Of a DNA stretch of 64,000 nucleotides, positions 9,419 to 18,911 are shown in pieces. Every line of letters starts with the position of its first letter. The stretch's first letter is position 1. The stretch is from NCBI GenBank assembly GCA_013343275.1, contig CP046106.1:1-64000 (forward strand), written 5' to 3'. The stretch is from Candidatus Nanohaloarchaea archaeon (lineage in GTDB: Archaea; Nanohalarchaeota; Nanosalinia; Nanosalinales; Nanosalinaceae). A program made the translations under genes and the position numbers. Below the pieces are notes generated by a model, which was given only the letters and a program-made list of their open reading frames with translations, did no database searches and had not been told where the DNA came from.

Positions 9419-10381
9419 TTAGCTTTCTGGTTTTTCAGCGTAGAAGTCGTACTGGTTGAATATTCCTTTCTTTCCTGCGATGTACTGGTATCGGCCTGTT
9501 GTCAGAAGATTTCTGAGCTGGTTGTATCTTTTTGCGGAGTGTCTGTAGCTTTCTTTCTCTACGCCCAGTATTTTCGAGGCGGCCTTGTGTCGTGCTTCTG
9601 CTATGAGAAGTCTTAGATCGACGTAGGGTGTTGTCAGTACTGAGGCTCTGTGCAGGTATTTTGATGTAGGGCCTATTTTGTCCATAAGAGGTTCTACCTG
9701 TATGTTTTTGAAACCGGCCTGTTTCAGGTATCTTTCGAAGTTTTCTCTGTAGGCCATGTAGTCTACTCCCCAACCCTTGTGCATTTTGTTGGCGACCTCC
9801 ATGTCTTCTTCGGAGAACTCTTCTGTCCGGAAGCCATCGGATATCACGATTCGGCCTCCGGGGTTGATTTTGTTGAATATCTGCTCTGTTAATTTTTCCT
9901 CGTTTTCTGAGTAGCACTGGCTTTCTACTGCGAAGTAGACGTCGAAGTCTTCTAGGGGAAGGTTGTCGAAGTCTCCTTCGATGAACTCTGTCTTGTCCTC
10001 TACTCCGGCTTCTTCTGCGTTCTCCCTGGCTTTCTCTATTAGGTCGCTGTCTATATCTAGGCCTATTACCTTTTCTGCATCCGTATTTCTGGCTAACCAG
10101 ATCGTGTTGCCTCCTCTGCCACATCCGGAATCGACTACGGTTTCTCCTTCCTGTATATCTGCTTTTTCTGCAAGTGCTTCTACACGGTGTACTACGGAGT
10201 TCCTTATTTCGTTGAGGGAGGTAAGGCCTGTCAGTGATAGAATTTTCTCCTTTAGATTTCTCTCGTACTGAGAGTGATCGCCGTAGTGCATCATTCCGTG
10301 GCTTGCTGAGCCCATCCATCGATCATAGTCTGCGGAGTTGAGATCGAAATGCTGTTTTACTTCCTTATCTTCTTCCGGCAT
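9419..10381 (-). CDS. Class I SAM-dependent methyltransferase (sterol/tocopherol MT-like)
   Basis: VVDSGCGRGG motif I, MHYG, INPGGRIVISD. Confidence 0.88.
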   Translation of the reverse strand: MPEEDKEVKQHFDLNSADYDRWMGSASHGMMHYGDHSQYERNLKEKILSLTGLTSLNEIRNSVVHRVEALAEKADIQEGETVVDSGCGRGGNTIWLARNTDAEKVIGLDIDSDLIEKARENAEEAGVEDKTEFIEGDFDNLPLEDFDVYFAVESQCYSENEEKLTEQIFNKINPGGRIVISDGFRTEEFSEEDMEVANKMHKGWGVDYMAYRENFERYLKQAGFKNIQVEPLMDKIGPTSKYLHRASVLTTPYVDLRLLIAEARHKAASKILGVEKESYRHSAKRYNQLRNLLTTGRYQYIAGKKGIFNQYDFYAEKPES

Positions 10382-10496
10382 CAGGTAAGATTTATGTGGA
10401 TCTGCTTAAAGAATTACTTCGGAGAGAGGAGTGGTGGTTTTACTCCAGAGGACGGATGTTTCTTCTTGATGTTATATCTGGATGGCTGATTATCTC

Positions 10497-11426
10497 TTAT
10501 CGGCAGGTTTCTACGTAGGTGATAGTTGAGGGTGCAGGGTATTTGAACTCTGACGCTCTGAATACTGCTTCTGTTCTGTTGAAGCCTTCTAGCCGGATTT
10601 TCAGTTTTTCGTATGTAAGCTGATATCCTTTTTTCTCTACTTGTTTTTCTGCAATTTTTTCGTTGTTGACGTATACGTTTACTTGTAGTGTCTCTTTTCC
10701 GGTAGGCCAGTAGAGGTCAATCCAGTCCTGTATTTCTTCTCCTGAAACTTTAACTCCTACTTTTCTTTCGTTGTTCCCTGTCCACAGTACGCCTACTCTT
10801 CCGCTTGGCTTGGTTCTTAGCCATTTATGGGGTTCTTCTGCAGCTATTTCTGGGATCAAGGTTACTTCTCCAGGTGAATTAAATTTCTTTAGTATAGATC
10901 TTTTCTCCTCTAGACTAAGGTCCTCAAAGCTCTTATTTGGTAGTTTTAAACTGTTTTCTAGATTTGATTTAACGTAGCTGTATCTGTTTCTGAAGACCGT
11001 CTGTGGTAGAGGCGATATTACTTCTCCGTCGTACATGTTTTTCCCGAAAACTGATACGTAGCTCTGTTCTCTTTCTAGGTTGTATTTAGATAGGATGCTG
11101 TTTACCTTCTCTAGCGTTATGTTGCCCTTGAATATGAATGCATTGCTGACAGGAATGCTGTACCTATCTCGAGATGACTCTCCGAGCGCTACCACCTGTA
11201 TATTTGGACCTGCTGCTACCTGTATTTCTGCAAACTCCTCGCTGGTATAGCTGAATGTCTCGCCAGGGGCTACTATCTGTTTGTATCCTAAAGTAAGCTG
11301 GCCTGTATTATTGCATGTCTTGTATCCGGTATACTGCTGCGTTGCACTGCTTATGAGAAGTTGAGCTATGAAAAGGCCTACAAGAAGAGTTCCTCCAATT
11401 ATCCCGAAAACCCGTAGTTTGCCCAT
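10497..11426 (-). CDS. Hypothetical membrane-anchored exported protein
   Basis: N-terminal TM, 309 aa; Lys-rich, AT-rich, atypical for host. Confidence 0.7.
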   Translation of the reverse strand: MGKLRVFGIIGGTLLVGLFIAQLLISSATQQYTGYKTCNNTGQLTLGYKQIVAPGETFSYTSEEFAEIQVAAGPNIQVVALGESSRDRYSIPVSNAFIFKGNITLEKVNSILSKYNLEREQSYVSVFGKNMYDGEVISPLPQTVFRNRYSYVKSNLENSLKLPNKSFEDLSLEEKRSILKKFNSPGEVTLIPEIAAEEPHKWLRTKPSGRVGVLWTGNNERKVGVKVSGEEIQDWIDLYWPTGKETLQVNVYVNNEKIAEKQVEKKGYQLTYEKLKIRLEGFNRTEAVFRASEFKYPAPSTITYVETCR

Positions 11427-11527
11427 TATTAAGATTGTCTTTCTTAACGTTGCTTAAAAATATTCCTTCAAAATCTTACTGATTCTAATGAGTCTCCATA
11501 ACTAGTCATATGAAGAAAAAAGAAGTT

Positions 11528-11629
11528 TAGTCCCCGCAGGATTCGAACCTGCGTCGAGAGGGCCAGGGCCTCTCATGATTTGCCACTCCGAGCAGTGCTC
11601 AAGAGTTTTGACCACTACACCAGGGGACT
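11528..11629 (-). tRNA. tRNA-Gln(CUG) with 29-nt D-loop intron (11579-11607)
   Basis: Same 22-nt 5' exon as tRNA-Gln(UUG); anticodon arm AGAGG-CCCTGGC-CCTCT; 73 nt after intron removal. Confidence 0.88.
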
Positions 11630-11664
11630 GTACTGTCTGTATGAAGTAAAGTGAAAGGTAATTC

Positions 11665-12504
11665 TTAAAAACTGAACTGGGAGCTTTTGAGAGGTGCAAC
11701 GGTAGATACGAATTTCTTTACCTCTTTTTGATCGGCTATCTGAGCTGTGTTCTTGCCGCCGCTGGAGGTTTCTATGTCTATCTGGGAGCACATGTTTCTG
11801 AAATCCTGTAGCAGAGGTTGGGAGTGGTTCTTGAACTGGATTATTATGCGTTCGTCATGGCTTTGTTGGTATATTGTTCCATCGGTATCTATTAGGCCTC
11901 TGAGACATCTCTCCTGGAATTTTTCTTCCTCTTTTATCCATGATGGTACGCTAACCTGGTTTTCGATCTTGTCTCCTGTTTGCAGCCCTAGCTCTTCCAA
12001 GGCTTCGATGGCTTCTTTCGAATGTACTATTATCTGGGCTGCGAGACTGCTCTCTAACTCGTGTGTTGAGGGTTCTTCACCTGTAACTTTCTGTATTAAG
12101 TCCTGTACGTGTCTCTGCAAACTGTTTTCATTTCTGTGTAATGTGATAGCTAAACGGTTTGCGGAGATGTATCTGTCCTCTCGTTTACAGTTAGTGCTCT
12201 GAAGATATCCGTCGCCAAGAATTATGCCGATTAACTCTGCAGTGTCTTCATCTTTCTCCAGATCTATCTCTTCTTTCTTGCCTTTTCCATCGATATACTC
12301 TATCTCTACAGCTTCTAGATCTTCATCGTATATTTCCTGTAGCTTCTGAAATGTAGACTGTTCCATGGAATGGCCTTTGTACCTAAAGTTCCTGAAATCA
12401 GATCCAATTACTTCTTCTATATCGTCCAAAGTATAGCCTTTCTCTTTAAGGTTATCTTGAATCTGTGCTAACTCATCCTGGCTGACCTTGACTCTCTTAT
12501 CCAT
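11665..12504 (-). CDS. Free-standing two-motif LAGLIDADG endonuclease-family protein with N-terminal HTH-like region
   Basis: AELIGIILGDG and CLRGLIDTDG motifs; no intein splicing motifs. Confidence 0.88.
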   Translation of the reverse strand: MDKRVKVSQDELAQIQDNLKEKGYTLDDIEEVIGSDFRNFRYKGHSMEQSTFQKLQEIYDEDLEAVEIEYIDGKGKKEEIDLEKDEDTAELIGIILGDGYLQSTNCKREDRYISANRLAITLHRNENSLQRHVQDLIQKVTGEEPSTHELESSLAAQIIVHSKEAIEALEELGLQTGDKIENQVSVPSWIKEEEKFQERCLRGLIDTDGTIYQQSHDERIIIQFKNHSQPLLQDFRNMCSQIDIETSSGGKNTAQIADQKEVKKFVSTVAPLKSSQFSF

Positions 12505-12854
12505 TATCCTTGATATTCTTCCTCTATTTTTTCTACTGCGTTCATGGAGATGCTGTGTTCTACGGTGTCGGCTTCTTTTTCTGGTTCTTCCAGGCCTAGG
12601 TCTTTGAAGAATTTTGTGAGTGTGTCGTATTTTTTCTTGATTCTTTCTGCTTCTTCTTTGCCCATGGGGCTTAGTGTGAGTTCTTTGTAGGGGGCTCGGC
12701 AGATCAGTTTCTGGTCTTCGAGTTTCTTGATGGTCTCTGATACTGATGCGTTGGATACTCCGAGTTCTTCTGCTAGCTCTCCGGTGGTTGTGCCTTTCTC
12801 CCCTTCTTCTGTAAGTTTGTAGATTGCCCGGAGGTAGTTCTGTTTAGCTGTCAT
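12504..12854 (-). CDS. DtxR/MntR-family metal-dependent regulator
   Basis: NYLRAIY..TGELAEELGVSNASVSETIKKL..LSPMG..EADTVEH; true start ATG 12854. Confidence 0.9.
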   Translation of the reverse strand: MTAKQNYLRAIYKLTEEGEKGTTTGELAEELGVSNASVSETIKKLEDQKLICRAPYKELTLSPMGKEEAERIKKKYDTLTKFFKDLGLEEPEKEADTVEHSISMNAVEKIEEEYQG

Positions 12855-12886
12855 AATAAAGAAGGAAAGGGGAAATAAGTGATAAG

Positions 12887-14044
12887 TTACCTGCGGTCGA
12901 TGACTGCGTACAGGATGACTATCGAGAGTGTGGAGAGCAGGACTGCCGGTGCGAACATCTGCAGGATCTCTGGGCCGAACAGGCCTAGGTCCTTTCCGAT
13001 CAGCAGTACGACAAGTGTTTCTATGTCGAGGCTGATGAGTGATGCTGCGATCTTGGATGGGTTTTCCATTCCGTGGATCTTCGGTATTAGGTAGCCGATT
13101 CCTAGTTTGACACCTGTTGATAGTGCGAACAGGAATGTTGCTGCTTCTATGTTGGCTATTATGCTGTCTACGTGAAGGCCTAGTCCGAACCATGCGAAGA
13201 AAATCGGGATGAATAGCCCCATTCCTATTGCCTGGATTTTCTCCTGGAAGGCCCGTGATTCGGAGAATTCGCTTCTTGATACGATGATTCCTGCGAAGAA
13301 TGCTCCGAGTACTGTGGATAGGCCGATGGTTTCTGACAGGTAGCTGAGGCCGAGCAGTAGTGCGAATGTGATTGCGAACTGGGCCTCTGCTTCTTCGAAC
13401 ATGAGGATATAGTCGTCGATTCTGTGTATGAATTCGTGGAGTATGTAGAATACGAGCCCAAATCCGAGGATACCTCCGAGTCTAAGCAGTACGCTTTCTC
13501 CTGTGGAGAATATCAGTACGAGACCTGTTAGTGCGAGGAGGCCTGCTGTTACGTTGATTACTGCTGATTTGATCGTGTATTTCCCTGTTTCCTGTCTGAG
13601 GAGGCCTCTGCTCATCATAATTTTTGAGGGAACTCCTATGTCTACTACGGCGTATGCAAGCGCCAAGAATACGAACTGCTGGACTGTGGAGTACGGTAGG
13701 AACTGGCTGCCGACGAAGTACAGTGCTGCGAATATTATTGCGAACCCTCCGATCAGGACTCCTAGGCCGAGCTGTAGGCCTTTCCTGTGGCGGAATATGT
13801 CGGCGGCGTTCTCCTCTCTGAGCCCTGCCTGGAACAGTACGAGTGATGCTCCGATGGTGGCGAAGGCCTTTACTGCGCCAGGCTCCATTACGTGTAGGAA
13901 TGATGGTCCTAGCAGTAGTCCGGCTGTTATGTACCCTAGTATTGATTCAAGTCCTGCTCTCTCGAATAGCTCTCCGAGAAGGAAGGAGCTCATCAGGAGT
14001 ACGCCTACGTCGAAAAGTGCTGCTGTCGCCAGGCCTCCTGCCAT
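12887..14044 (-). CDS. Cation:proton antiporter (CPA2)
   Basis: Multi-TM; GLLLGPS, LGAFFAGI, FIPIFF. Confidence 0.88.
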   Translation of the reverse strand: MAGGLATAALFDVGVLLMSSFLLGELFERAGLESILGYITAGLLLGPSFLHVMEPGAVKAFATIGASLVLFQAGLREENAADIFRHRKGLQLGLGVLIGGFAIIFAALYFVGSQFLPYSTVQQFVFLALAYAVVDIGVPSKIMMSRGLLRQETGKYTIKSAVINVTAGLLALTGLVLIFSTGESVLLRLGGILGFGLVFYILHEFIHRIDDYILMFEEAEAQFAITFALLLGLSYLSETIGLSTVLGAFFAGIIVSRSEFSESRAFQEKIQAIGMGLFIPIFFAWFGLGLHVDSIIANIEAATFLFALSTGVKLGIGYLIPKIHGMENPSKIAASLISLDIETLVVLLIGKDLGLFGPEILQMFAPAVLLSTLSIVILYAVIDRR

Positions 14045-14045
14045 A

Positions 14046-14465
14046 TCAGTCTCCCCTCCTGAAGTTTTCTATTAGTGCGTCTTCGTGTACGATGCCTATG
14101 ATTTCGCCCTCTTCCTCTACTGGAAGAGATCTTACGTCTTCACGGTTCATGAGGAATGCAAGTTCTCCGATCTCTTCGTCAGGTTCTACGGTGACTTCAT
14201 GCCTGTTCATGAGGTCCTCTGCGGTATCTGGTACGTAGCTCTGGTCGAAGGAGATTCCTAGAAGCCCTATAACTGATTCCTCATCAAGCTTCTCCTCCGG
14301 GATCATAGCCTTCAGGAGGCTGTTCTCATGTATCTCTCCAACTACTTCGTCGTCCTTTTTCACCATCAAAGTATTCTCGCTTCCCTGAAACTCGCTGACA
14401 ACATCGTCTATAGATGCATCATGTTCTACGAAATCAGGGTCTTCCATAAGTTCTCTGGCCTTCAT
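14046..14465 (-). CDS. CBS-domain protein
   Basis: KARELM...AEDLM...SLPVEEEGEIIGIV. Confidence 0.88.
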   Translation of the reverse strand: MKARELMEDPDFVEHDASIDDVVSEFQGSENTLMVKKDDEVVGEIHENSLLKAMIPEEKLDEESVIGLLGISFDQSYVPDTAEDLMNRHEVTVEPDEEIGELAFLMNREDVRSLPVEEEGEIIGIVHEDALIENFRRGD

Positions 14466-14507
14466 ACAGTTGAGAAATAGTAGAGGCCTGAATAAAAAAG
14501 ATTACAT

Positions 14508-15011
14508 CTAGAGGCCCCGTATCAGGTATGTTCTCTCCGGATGCTCAGGGTCTTTTACATCTAAATCCTGGAAGCCGTGTTTCAGGTACAGGCCCATAGC
14601 TTTCTTCGCCTTCGGATTCGTCCGCAGAAGAAGCTTATCGTACCTTCGTGAGGCCCTCTCAATAACTTCTTCCAGAAGAGCTGTACCGGCTCTGTTATGC
14701 TGTGCCTCAGGGCTGACACCTAACTCATCAAGGTATAAGGTGTCTTCAGTAACCTGTTTCCGGAACTGTTCATCACTAGGATAGGGATGTTTTCTCTCGT
14801 CTACGTCGAAGGCCAGCGCATAACCTACCACGCTACCCTCTATCTCTGCTACCAGAAAGATGGAATCTCGGTCCAGTTTACCATCTATATCGCTGTATTC
14901 CTCTCCGGGAGTCATGTCTCTCCAGTACTGTTCGCTGCTCCAGACCTTGCTGCCGATAGTAGCAACATCCAGCTCATCAGTAGGCCTGAACTCCCTGACA
15001 TCAACCTGCAT
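14508..15011 (-). CDS. GNAT acetyltransferase
   Basis: LGVSPEAQHNRAGTALL, AMGLYLKHGF. Confidence 0.88.
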   Translation of the reverse strand: MQVDVREFRPTDELDVATIGSKVWSSEQYWRDMTPGEEYSDIDGKLDRDSIFLVAEIEGSVVGYALAFDVDERKHPYPSDEQFRKQVTEDTLYLDELGVSPEAQHNRAGTALLEEVIERASRRYDKLLLRTNPKAKKAMGLYLKHGFQDLDVKDPEHPERTYLIRGL

Positions 15012-15073
15012 ATAGGAAAATTTAGTTATCTGAGAATATTAACTTTGGTTCGAACCTTTTGGAAAGGTTCGCT

Positions 15074-15160
15074 CGCCGGAGCTGGGATTTGAACCCAGGA
15101 GGGAGCAGATGTCCCACCGGTTCTCAAGACCGGCACCTTTAGCCACTCAGTCACTCCGGC
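15074..15160 (-). tRNA. tRNA-Ser(UGA)
   Basis: GCCGGAG/CTCCGGC, CCGGT-CTTGAGA-ACCGG, long variable arm, G73. Confidence 0.95.
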
Positions 15161-15285
15161 ACGATTGGTTACGCTCAATCGATACGCAATAAGCCATTCG
15201 AAAGGAAGGGCGTTTATGAGCGTGTAGAAAAGATAGTCTGTAGAATCTTTAAATTAGGAAAGGGTAGAGAGGTAAAAGAGAATTT

Positions 15286-15594
15286 TTAGTCTTTGATCTC
15301 GATTTCGATGTCTACGCCTTCTGGTACGTGGACACGCATGACCTGTCTCAAAGCTCTTTCTGATTCCATTACGTCTAGAAGTCTTTTGTGGACATGCATT
15401 TCGTAGCGTTCGATAGTCGAAGATCCTTCTCCGTCAGGAGCTTTCCTGGTGGTGATCTTCATGTTGTTGGTCGGTAGAGGTACAGGGCCTGAAACTTCTG
15501 CGTCGTACTCCTCTCCGATCTCTAGTATTTCATCGGCTAGCTCATCTACCTTCTCTTTTTCGGTACTTCTTAGTTTTACTCGGGCCTTCTGCAT
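15286..15594 (-). CDS. rps10: 30S ribosomal protein S10
   Basis: SGPVPLPT, RKAPDGEG, EMHVHKRL. Confidence 0.97.
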   Translation of the reverse strand: MQKARVKLRSTEKEKVDELADEILEIGEEYDAEVSGPVPLPTNNMKITTRKAPDGEGSSTIERYEMHVHKRLLDVMESERALRQVMRVHVPEGVDIEIEIKD

Positions 15595-15629
15595 ATAAAC
15601 ACCTCTCGAAGTTAAAACTTATAAATGGT

Positions 15630-16913
15630 TTAGGAGATGCCTTCCTGCTCAGAAAACAGGGTATAGAAGACATCGCTATCGAGTTCGGAGGCATTGTACT
15701 GGGCGTAAGGATTCATGATCCTGTTCTCTCCAGAGGCCAGAGTAACCCATGTATCAACACCTTCAGCAGGAACAACGATCTTGTCGCCGACCTTGCTCCT
15801 TGCATCAATCAGGTCCTGGAACTGTTCCTCGCTGACAGCTCTTGGAGCTCCGGAACCTATACTGGCCTGGGCGAAGAAGCTTGCTGCTATGAATATCGCT
15901 GCCAGGACAGTGAAGGCCTTGCGAAGTTCCTCCATATCGGTACTGGAGTATATGGATGCTGTGTAGAATCCGGCCAGTAATGGTAGTGCGAACTGTATCA
16001 TTCCTCCGAAGGGAATAGGTGCTCCGAGGTAGTAGAGAACTGCTCCTGTCAGGCTCCCTGCCGAGAAAATGTCGATAGTTCTATACTTCTCTCTGCTCAG
16101 GCCTATGCCCGCAATTACAATTACTGGGCTGATTGACGGGTAGAATTTCTCGAAGCTTGTGGTTATGTAGCTTCCTATGCTTGAGGTTGCGAAGAAAGCG
16201 ATGTAGTTAGGAAGCATGACTGCAAGTGCGAGGCCTGGTATCTTCCAGTCTAACTGTTTTCTCTCCAGTATGGTGTCAAACAGAGGCATACCGATTATGA
16301 AAGCTCCGAAAACCCAATGGGTCAGTACTGAAGCAAGTCCTGCAAAGATGTATCCTGCAAGATATTTTCTCTCCCTGTTTCTCCGGTAGAGTCTGTAGAG
16401 GCTGAAAGATGCTATCCCGAAGATGAACGCTGTTGCGAAAGACCAGAAACCCATCAACTGAGAGTGAAGTAAAGGTATCGACGCCCCGGCTATACCTGCT
16501 CCTAACAGGCTGGCTTCCCTGCCGAGCTTGTATGATCGTGAGAGTAGATAGGTAGCTGGAACTGCCAGACTGTATATCAGAGATACTGAAATTATTGTTG
16601 CGAGGCCTGTGGGCAGGAAAAGCATGAAGCCTGCTATGAATACGTGGAGAAACGGCGGGTAGTAGAACGTCTTCGAGTTCCTATCGATAACTGGGAGGCC
16701 TTGCACCATCTCCGAGTTACCCTGTATGTGCCACCAGGGTTGCATCAAGCTGTCCAGATCGCCTCTGGAAACGTCCAGAGCGGTCGAAGTATGGTAACTG
16801 GTGTCAACCCATCCGGGAGGTACAGTAGAAGCACTAAATACTGGAAAGGCCTTTACTGCAAAAACAGTAACAGTCAGCAAAGTGAGAACAAGTAAGGCCT
16901 TATCTCTCTTCAT
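15630..16913 (-). CDS. Multi-TM protein, probable GT-C fold glycosyltransferase
   Basis: D..YH in first loop, FYYPPFLH motif, many TM helices. Confidence 0.6.
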   Translation of the reverse strand: MKRDKALLVLTLLTVTVFAVKAFPVFSASTVPPGWVDTSYHTSTALDVSRGDLDSLMQPWWHIQGNSEMVQGLPVIDRNSKTFYYPPFLHVFIAGFMLFLPTGLATIISVSLIYSLAVPATYLLSRSYKLGREASLLGAGIAGASIPLLHSQLMGFWSFATAFIFGIASFSLYRLYRRNRERKYLAGYIFAGLASVLTHWVFGAFIIGMPLFDTILERKQLDWKIPGLALAVMLPNYIAFFATSSIGSYITTSFEKFYPSISPVIVIAGIGLSREKYRTIDIFSAGSLTGAVLYYLGAPIPFGGMIQFALPLLAGFYTASIYSSTDMEELRKAFTVLAAIFIAASFFAQASIGSGAPRAVSEEQFQDLIDARSKVGDKIVVPAEGVDTWVTLASGENRIMNPYAQYNASELDSDVFYTLFSEQEGIS

Positions 16914-16927
16914 AGGTGTAGAATAAG

Positions 16928-17311
16928 TTACTCACGTTTTTCAATATCGTACTCGCCTTCGTCAAGAGGAACGTTTTGGACGGCCTCCGGATCTTCCTCA
17001 TTAAGTTCTTCATCTAGATAGGATTCTTTGAGGTCTTCGTCCATCATCTCCTCTACTTCTTCTTCAGCCAGTCCGTCAAATAGTCTATATTCTTCTCTTG
17101 ATGCCAGCTCTGTGCTTACGTTGTGTGAGAAGTTTCCGAATGCGAAGGATAGAGCTCCCAGACCTATGCTGCCGTTTGAAAGTGCGGCTCCTGCACCGGC
17201 CAGTCCTGCTACAGTTCCTGTCTTGGCGGCTTCCCCGGCGTAGTCAAAGTCTTCTATAGTATCTGCTACGTATTCTACGGCCTGGCGTTCTTTCTCTCCG
17301 AAAAGACTCAT
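16928..17311 (-). CDS. Hypothetical acidic protein with Gly/Ala-rich hydrophobic segment
   Basis: 127 aa ORF, TTTAA box upstream. Confidence 0.65.
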   Translation of the reverse strand: MSLFGEKERQAVEYVADTIEDFDYAGEAAKTGTVAGLAGAGAALSNGSIGLGALSFAFGNFSHNVSTELASREEYRLFDGLAEEEVEEMMDEDLKESYLDEELNEEDPEAVQNVPLDEGEYDIEKRE

Positions 17312-17470
17312 AACTGTCTGTTGTTACCTAATGGTTAAAATCTTTCTGGTTGGATAGAATGGTTCTCGAGTTGAGTTTACTGGAAAGTAAGAGAATTGGA
17401 TTAGAAAAAGAGATATGGGGTGCATGCCGTTAGGCATGCTCCGAGATGGTGAAACTCTCTAGTTGAGTTT

Positions 17471-18757
17471 CTACTCCTTCTCGTTGACTTTTAGAGCCTG
17501 TCCAGCTCCTACTGTCTGTCCCATGTCTCTGATTGCGAATCGTGCGAGCTGTGGGATTTCGTCGTTTTCTTCGATGACGAGTGGCTGCTGTGGTGTGATT
17601 TCAACCTTTGCTGCCTGTCCCTGCTTGATGTAGTCTGGGTCTTCTTCGATTGTCTCTCCTGTCTTTGGGTTCATGGTGGACTTGATGTCCGTGAATGTGC
17701 ATGAAACCTGTGCTGTGTTGACGTGGAATACTGGTGTGTATCCTTCGGAGATGACGTTAGGGTGGTTGAGGACGATGACCTGAGCTTCAAAGCTGTCAAC
17801 AACTGTTGGTGGGTTGTCGGCTGGTCCTGCGACGTCTCCTTTCTTGACGTCGGATTCTCCGACTCCTCTTGTGTTCCATCCAATGTTGTCTCCTGGGTGA
17901 GCTTCTTCTACTTCTTCGTGGTGCATTTCGATGGTCTTGACTTCTCCACCGATGTTCTTGTTCAGTCTTGTGGATGCAGGTTCGAACTTGATACTGTCTC
18001 CACCTTCGATGTCTCCAGTTTCAACTCTTCCTACTGTAACTGCTCCAATTCCTGAAATGTTGTATACGTCCTGGATAGGGATTCTTAGTGGTAGGTCTCC
18101 AGGCTTTTCAGGTTCTTCAAGGTCGTCTAGAGCTTCGAGTAGGGAAGGTCCGTCGTACCATCCCATTTCGTCGGAAGGCTCTGTTACGCCTTCTCCTTCG
18201 AATGCGGAGATAGGTACGAAGTCGATCTCAGATGTGTCATATCCTACGCCCTGAAGCATCTCGGAAACTTCGTCCTTGATGTCTTCGAATGCGTCTTCCT
18301 CGTAGTCTTCAAGATCCATCTTGTTGACTGAAACGACTAGCTGGTCGATTCCCAGTGTCTTTGCGAGGTAAGCGTGCTCCTTTGTCTGAGGCTGAATTCC
18401 GTCGTCTGCTGCGACTGTTAGAACTCCAGCGTCAGCCTGAGAAGCTCCTGTGATCATGTTTTTAATGAAGTCTCTGTGGCCAGGTGCGTCGATGATTGTG
18501 AAGTGATAATTATCTGAATCGAATTCCTGGTGAGCGAGGTCGATTGTAACTCCTCTTTCTCTCTCCTCTTCTAGAGAGTCCATTGCGAATGCGAATCCGA
18601 AGGACTCTTTTCCTGCTTCTTCAGCAGCTTCTTCGAGCTTTCTCATTTCTTCTTCTGGTAGGTTTTCGGTATCCCATAGAAGTCTTCCAATAGAGGTTGA
18701 CTTTCCGTGGTCTACGTGTCCGATGAATACTAGATTAACGTGTGGTTTATCTGCCAT
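17471..18757 (-). CDS. tuf: Elongation factor 1-alpha
   Basis: [21 protein letters not shown]. Confidence 0.99.
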   Translation of the reverse strand: MADKPHVNLVFIGHVDHGKSTSIGRLLWDTENLPEEEMRKLEEAAEEAGKESFGFAFAMDSLEEERERGVTIDLAHQEFDSDNYHFTIIDAPGHRDFIKNMITGASQADAGVLTVAADDGIQPQTKEHAYLAKTLGIDQLVVSVNKMDLEDYEEDAFEDIKDEVSEMLQGVGYDTSEIDFVPISAFEGEGVTEPSDEMGWYDGPSLLEALDDLEEPEKPGDLPLRIPIQDVYNISGIGAVTVGRVETGDIEGGDSIKFEPASTRLNKNIGGEVKTIEMHHEEVEEAHPGDNIGWNTRGVGESDVKKGDVAGPADNPPTVVDSFEAQVIVLNHPNVISEGYTPVFHVNTAQVSCTFTDIKSTMNPKTGETIEEDPDYIKQGQAAKVEITPQQPLVIEENDEIPQLARFAIRDMGQTVGAGQALKVNEKE

Positions 18758-18911
18758 TTGGTGGTCACCTATTGATGCGTATAATTCAGAATTACTCTGT
18801 TAAACTTTAAAAAGGGTGTGTGGTCCACAGCAGCAAAGGCCTTTGAAAAAGTAAACGTCTGGAAATTAGAGAAAAGAGAGGAAAATGTAGAGGTGAAGGT
18901 GGAAGAGGCCT

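Noticed and set aside
9435-10319. 294-aa Arg-rich ORF
   Set aside because: Alternate-frame shadow of the methyltransferase
11665-12504. Intein or intron-encoded endonuclease
   Set aside because: No host gene interrupted and no C/S...HN splice motifs
12855-13193. N-terminal extension of the DtxR-like ORF
   Set aside because: Overlaps the antiporter gene in another frame
15074-15160. Selenocysteine or suppressor tRNA
   Set aside because: Anticodon is UGA (reads UCA, Ser), with a normal 7-bp acceptor stem
17422-17439. GCATGCC-GTTA-GGCATGC hairpin after tuf
   Set aside because: Single short stem, probably an ordinary 3' stability/terminator element
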